From an uncultured Chloroflexia bacterium (GTDB lineage Bacteria; Chloroflexota; Limnocylindria; Limnocylindrales; CSP1-4), in NCBI GenBank assembly GCA_963778155.1, contig CAVZTK010000006.1, positions 867,702 to 931,701 on the forward strand: a stretch of 64,000 nt of DNA, written 5' to 3'. Of the stretch, positions 63,870 to 64,000 are shown piece after piece; position 1 is the first letter of the stretch, and each line of letters starts with the position of its first letter. The notes under the pieces are model-generated. The model ran no database searches. It saw only the letters and a list, made by a program, of their open reading frames with translations, and had not been told where the DNA came from. The translations under genes were made by a program, and so were the position numbers.

Positions 63870-64000
63870 CTAAGGCGACGCCGACGCCGACGCGGTCGGA
63901 GCCTTCGACGCCCCACCGGAGCCGGGTGGCGGCGTGGGGATGATGATCTGATCGCCGATGGCGATCTTGTTCGGGTTCGTGATCGTGTCCTTGTTGGCGG
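63870..64000 (-). CDS. C-terminal end of a LysM-domain protein (gene continues beyond the window end)
   Basis: The reverse frame ends ...ANKDTITNPNKIAIGDQIIIPTPPPGSGGASKAPTASASASP* (stop at 63870-63872). NPNKIAIGDQIIIP is a LysM C-terminal signature. Confidence 0.5.
   Translation of the reverse strand, partial: ANKDTITNPNKIAIGDQIIIPTPPPGSGGASKAPTASASASP

Noticed and set aside
63206-63916. 236-aa minus-strand ORF spanning the GNAT/NTF2 intergenic region
   Set aside because: It is Arg/Pro-rich and overlaps two motif-supported genes out of frame. The real minus-strand coding sequence at the window end is the LysM tail in a different frame.

Overview
High-GC (~70 %) chromosomal window with Actinobacteria/Chloroflexi-like gene content: an F420-type PPOX enzyme, long-form isocitrate lyase, class III PHA synthase and GH57. 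I can support about 60 protein genes and one tRNA-Gly(UCC). I found no rRNA, CRISPR, transposase, integrase, phage or toxin-antitoxin signatures, so this is core metabolism and signalling rather than a mobile island.

Left to right:
- 1-4400: ABC-2 exporter genes and a PknB-like Ser/Thr kinase.
- 4485-8132: a small unknown ORF, tRNA-Gly, and a four-subunit 2-oxoacid:ferredoxin oxidoreductase operon (delta-alpha-beta-gamma).
- 8390-15689: GerMN/Gmad2 lipoprotein, GyrI-like protein, Hsp20, MFS exporter, DUF6461-like protein, GT39 glycosyltransferase, ICMT-like methyltransferase.
- 15703-19252: LysR regulator divergent from a small ORF plus long-form isocitrate lyase (ICL2 type).
- 19335-24159: a complete PHB module, padR-phaE-phaC divergent from phasin, a PhaB-like reductase and a thiolase.
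- 24227-27554: CBS protein coupled to NAD-malic enzyme, a hypothetical protein, and a PPOX/F420 enzyme.
- 27564-36003: a six-gene co-directional signalling array (ParA-like ATPase, permease-like fusion protein, orphan solute-binding lipoprotein, dCache hybrid kinase, Hpt, output-less response regulator).
- 36392-45956: divergent membrane GGDEF cyclase, MDR oxidoreductase, LUD protein, a second ABC-2 exporter, tandem PAS-like protein, DEAD-box helicase, ACT protein, AI-2E transporter.
- 46007-56813: an alpha-glucan cluster (glgA, alpha-glucan phosphorylase, GH57, GntR, 1205-aa GH13-like protein).
- 56735-64000: DUF885, GNAT, DUF360, lysA, TPM/DUF2207 fusion, GNAT, NTF2-like protein, and a LysM protein tail.

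Most notable observations:
1. About 40 reading-frame breaks fall in two blocks (~0.1-8.1 kb and ~33.1-51.2 kb). The 25 kb and 13 kb stretches between and after them are clean.
2. The PhaE-like PHA synthase subunit carries a perfect 19-triplet collagen-like Gly-X-Y tail, encoded by 18-bp tandem DNA repeats.
3. The ParA / permease-fusion / orphan-SBP / multistep phosphorelay array is, as far as I know, an undescribed combination.

All functional calls rest on motif recognition by eye in the translated ORFs; no database search was possible.
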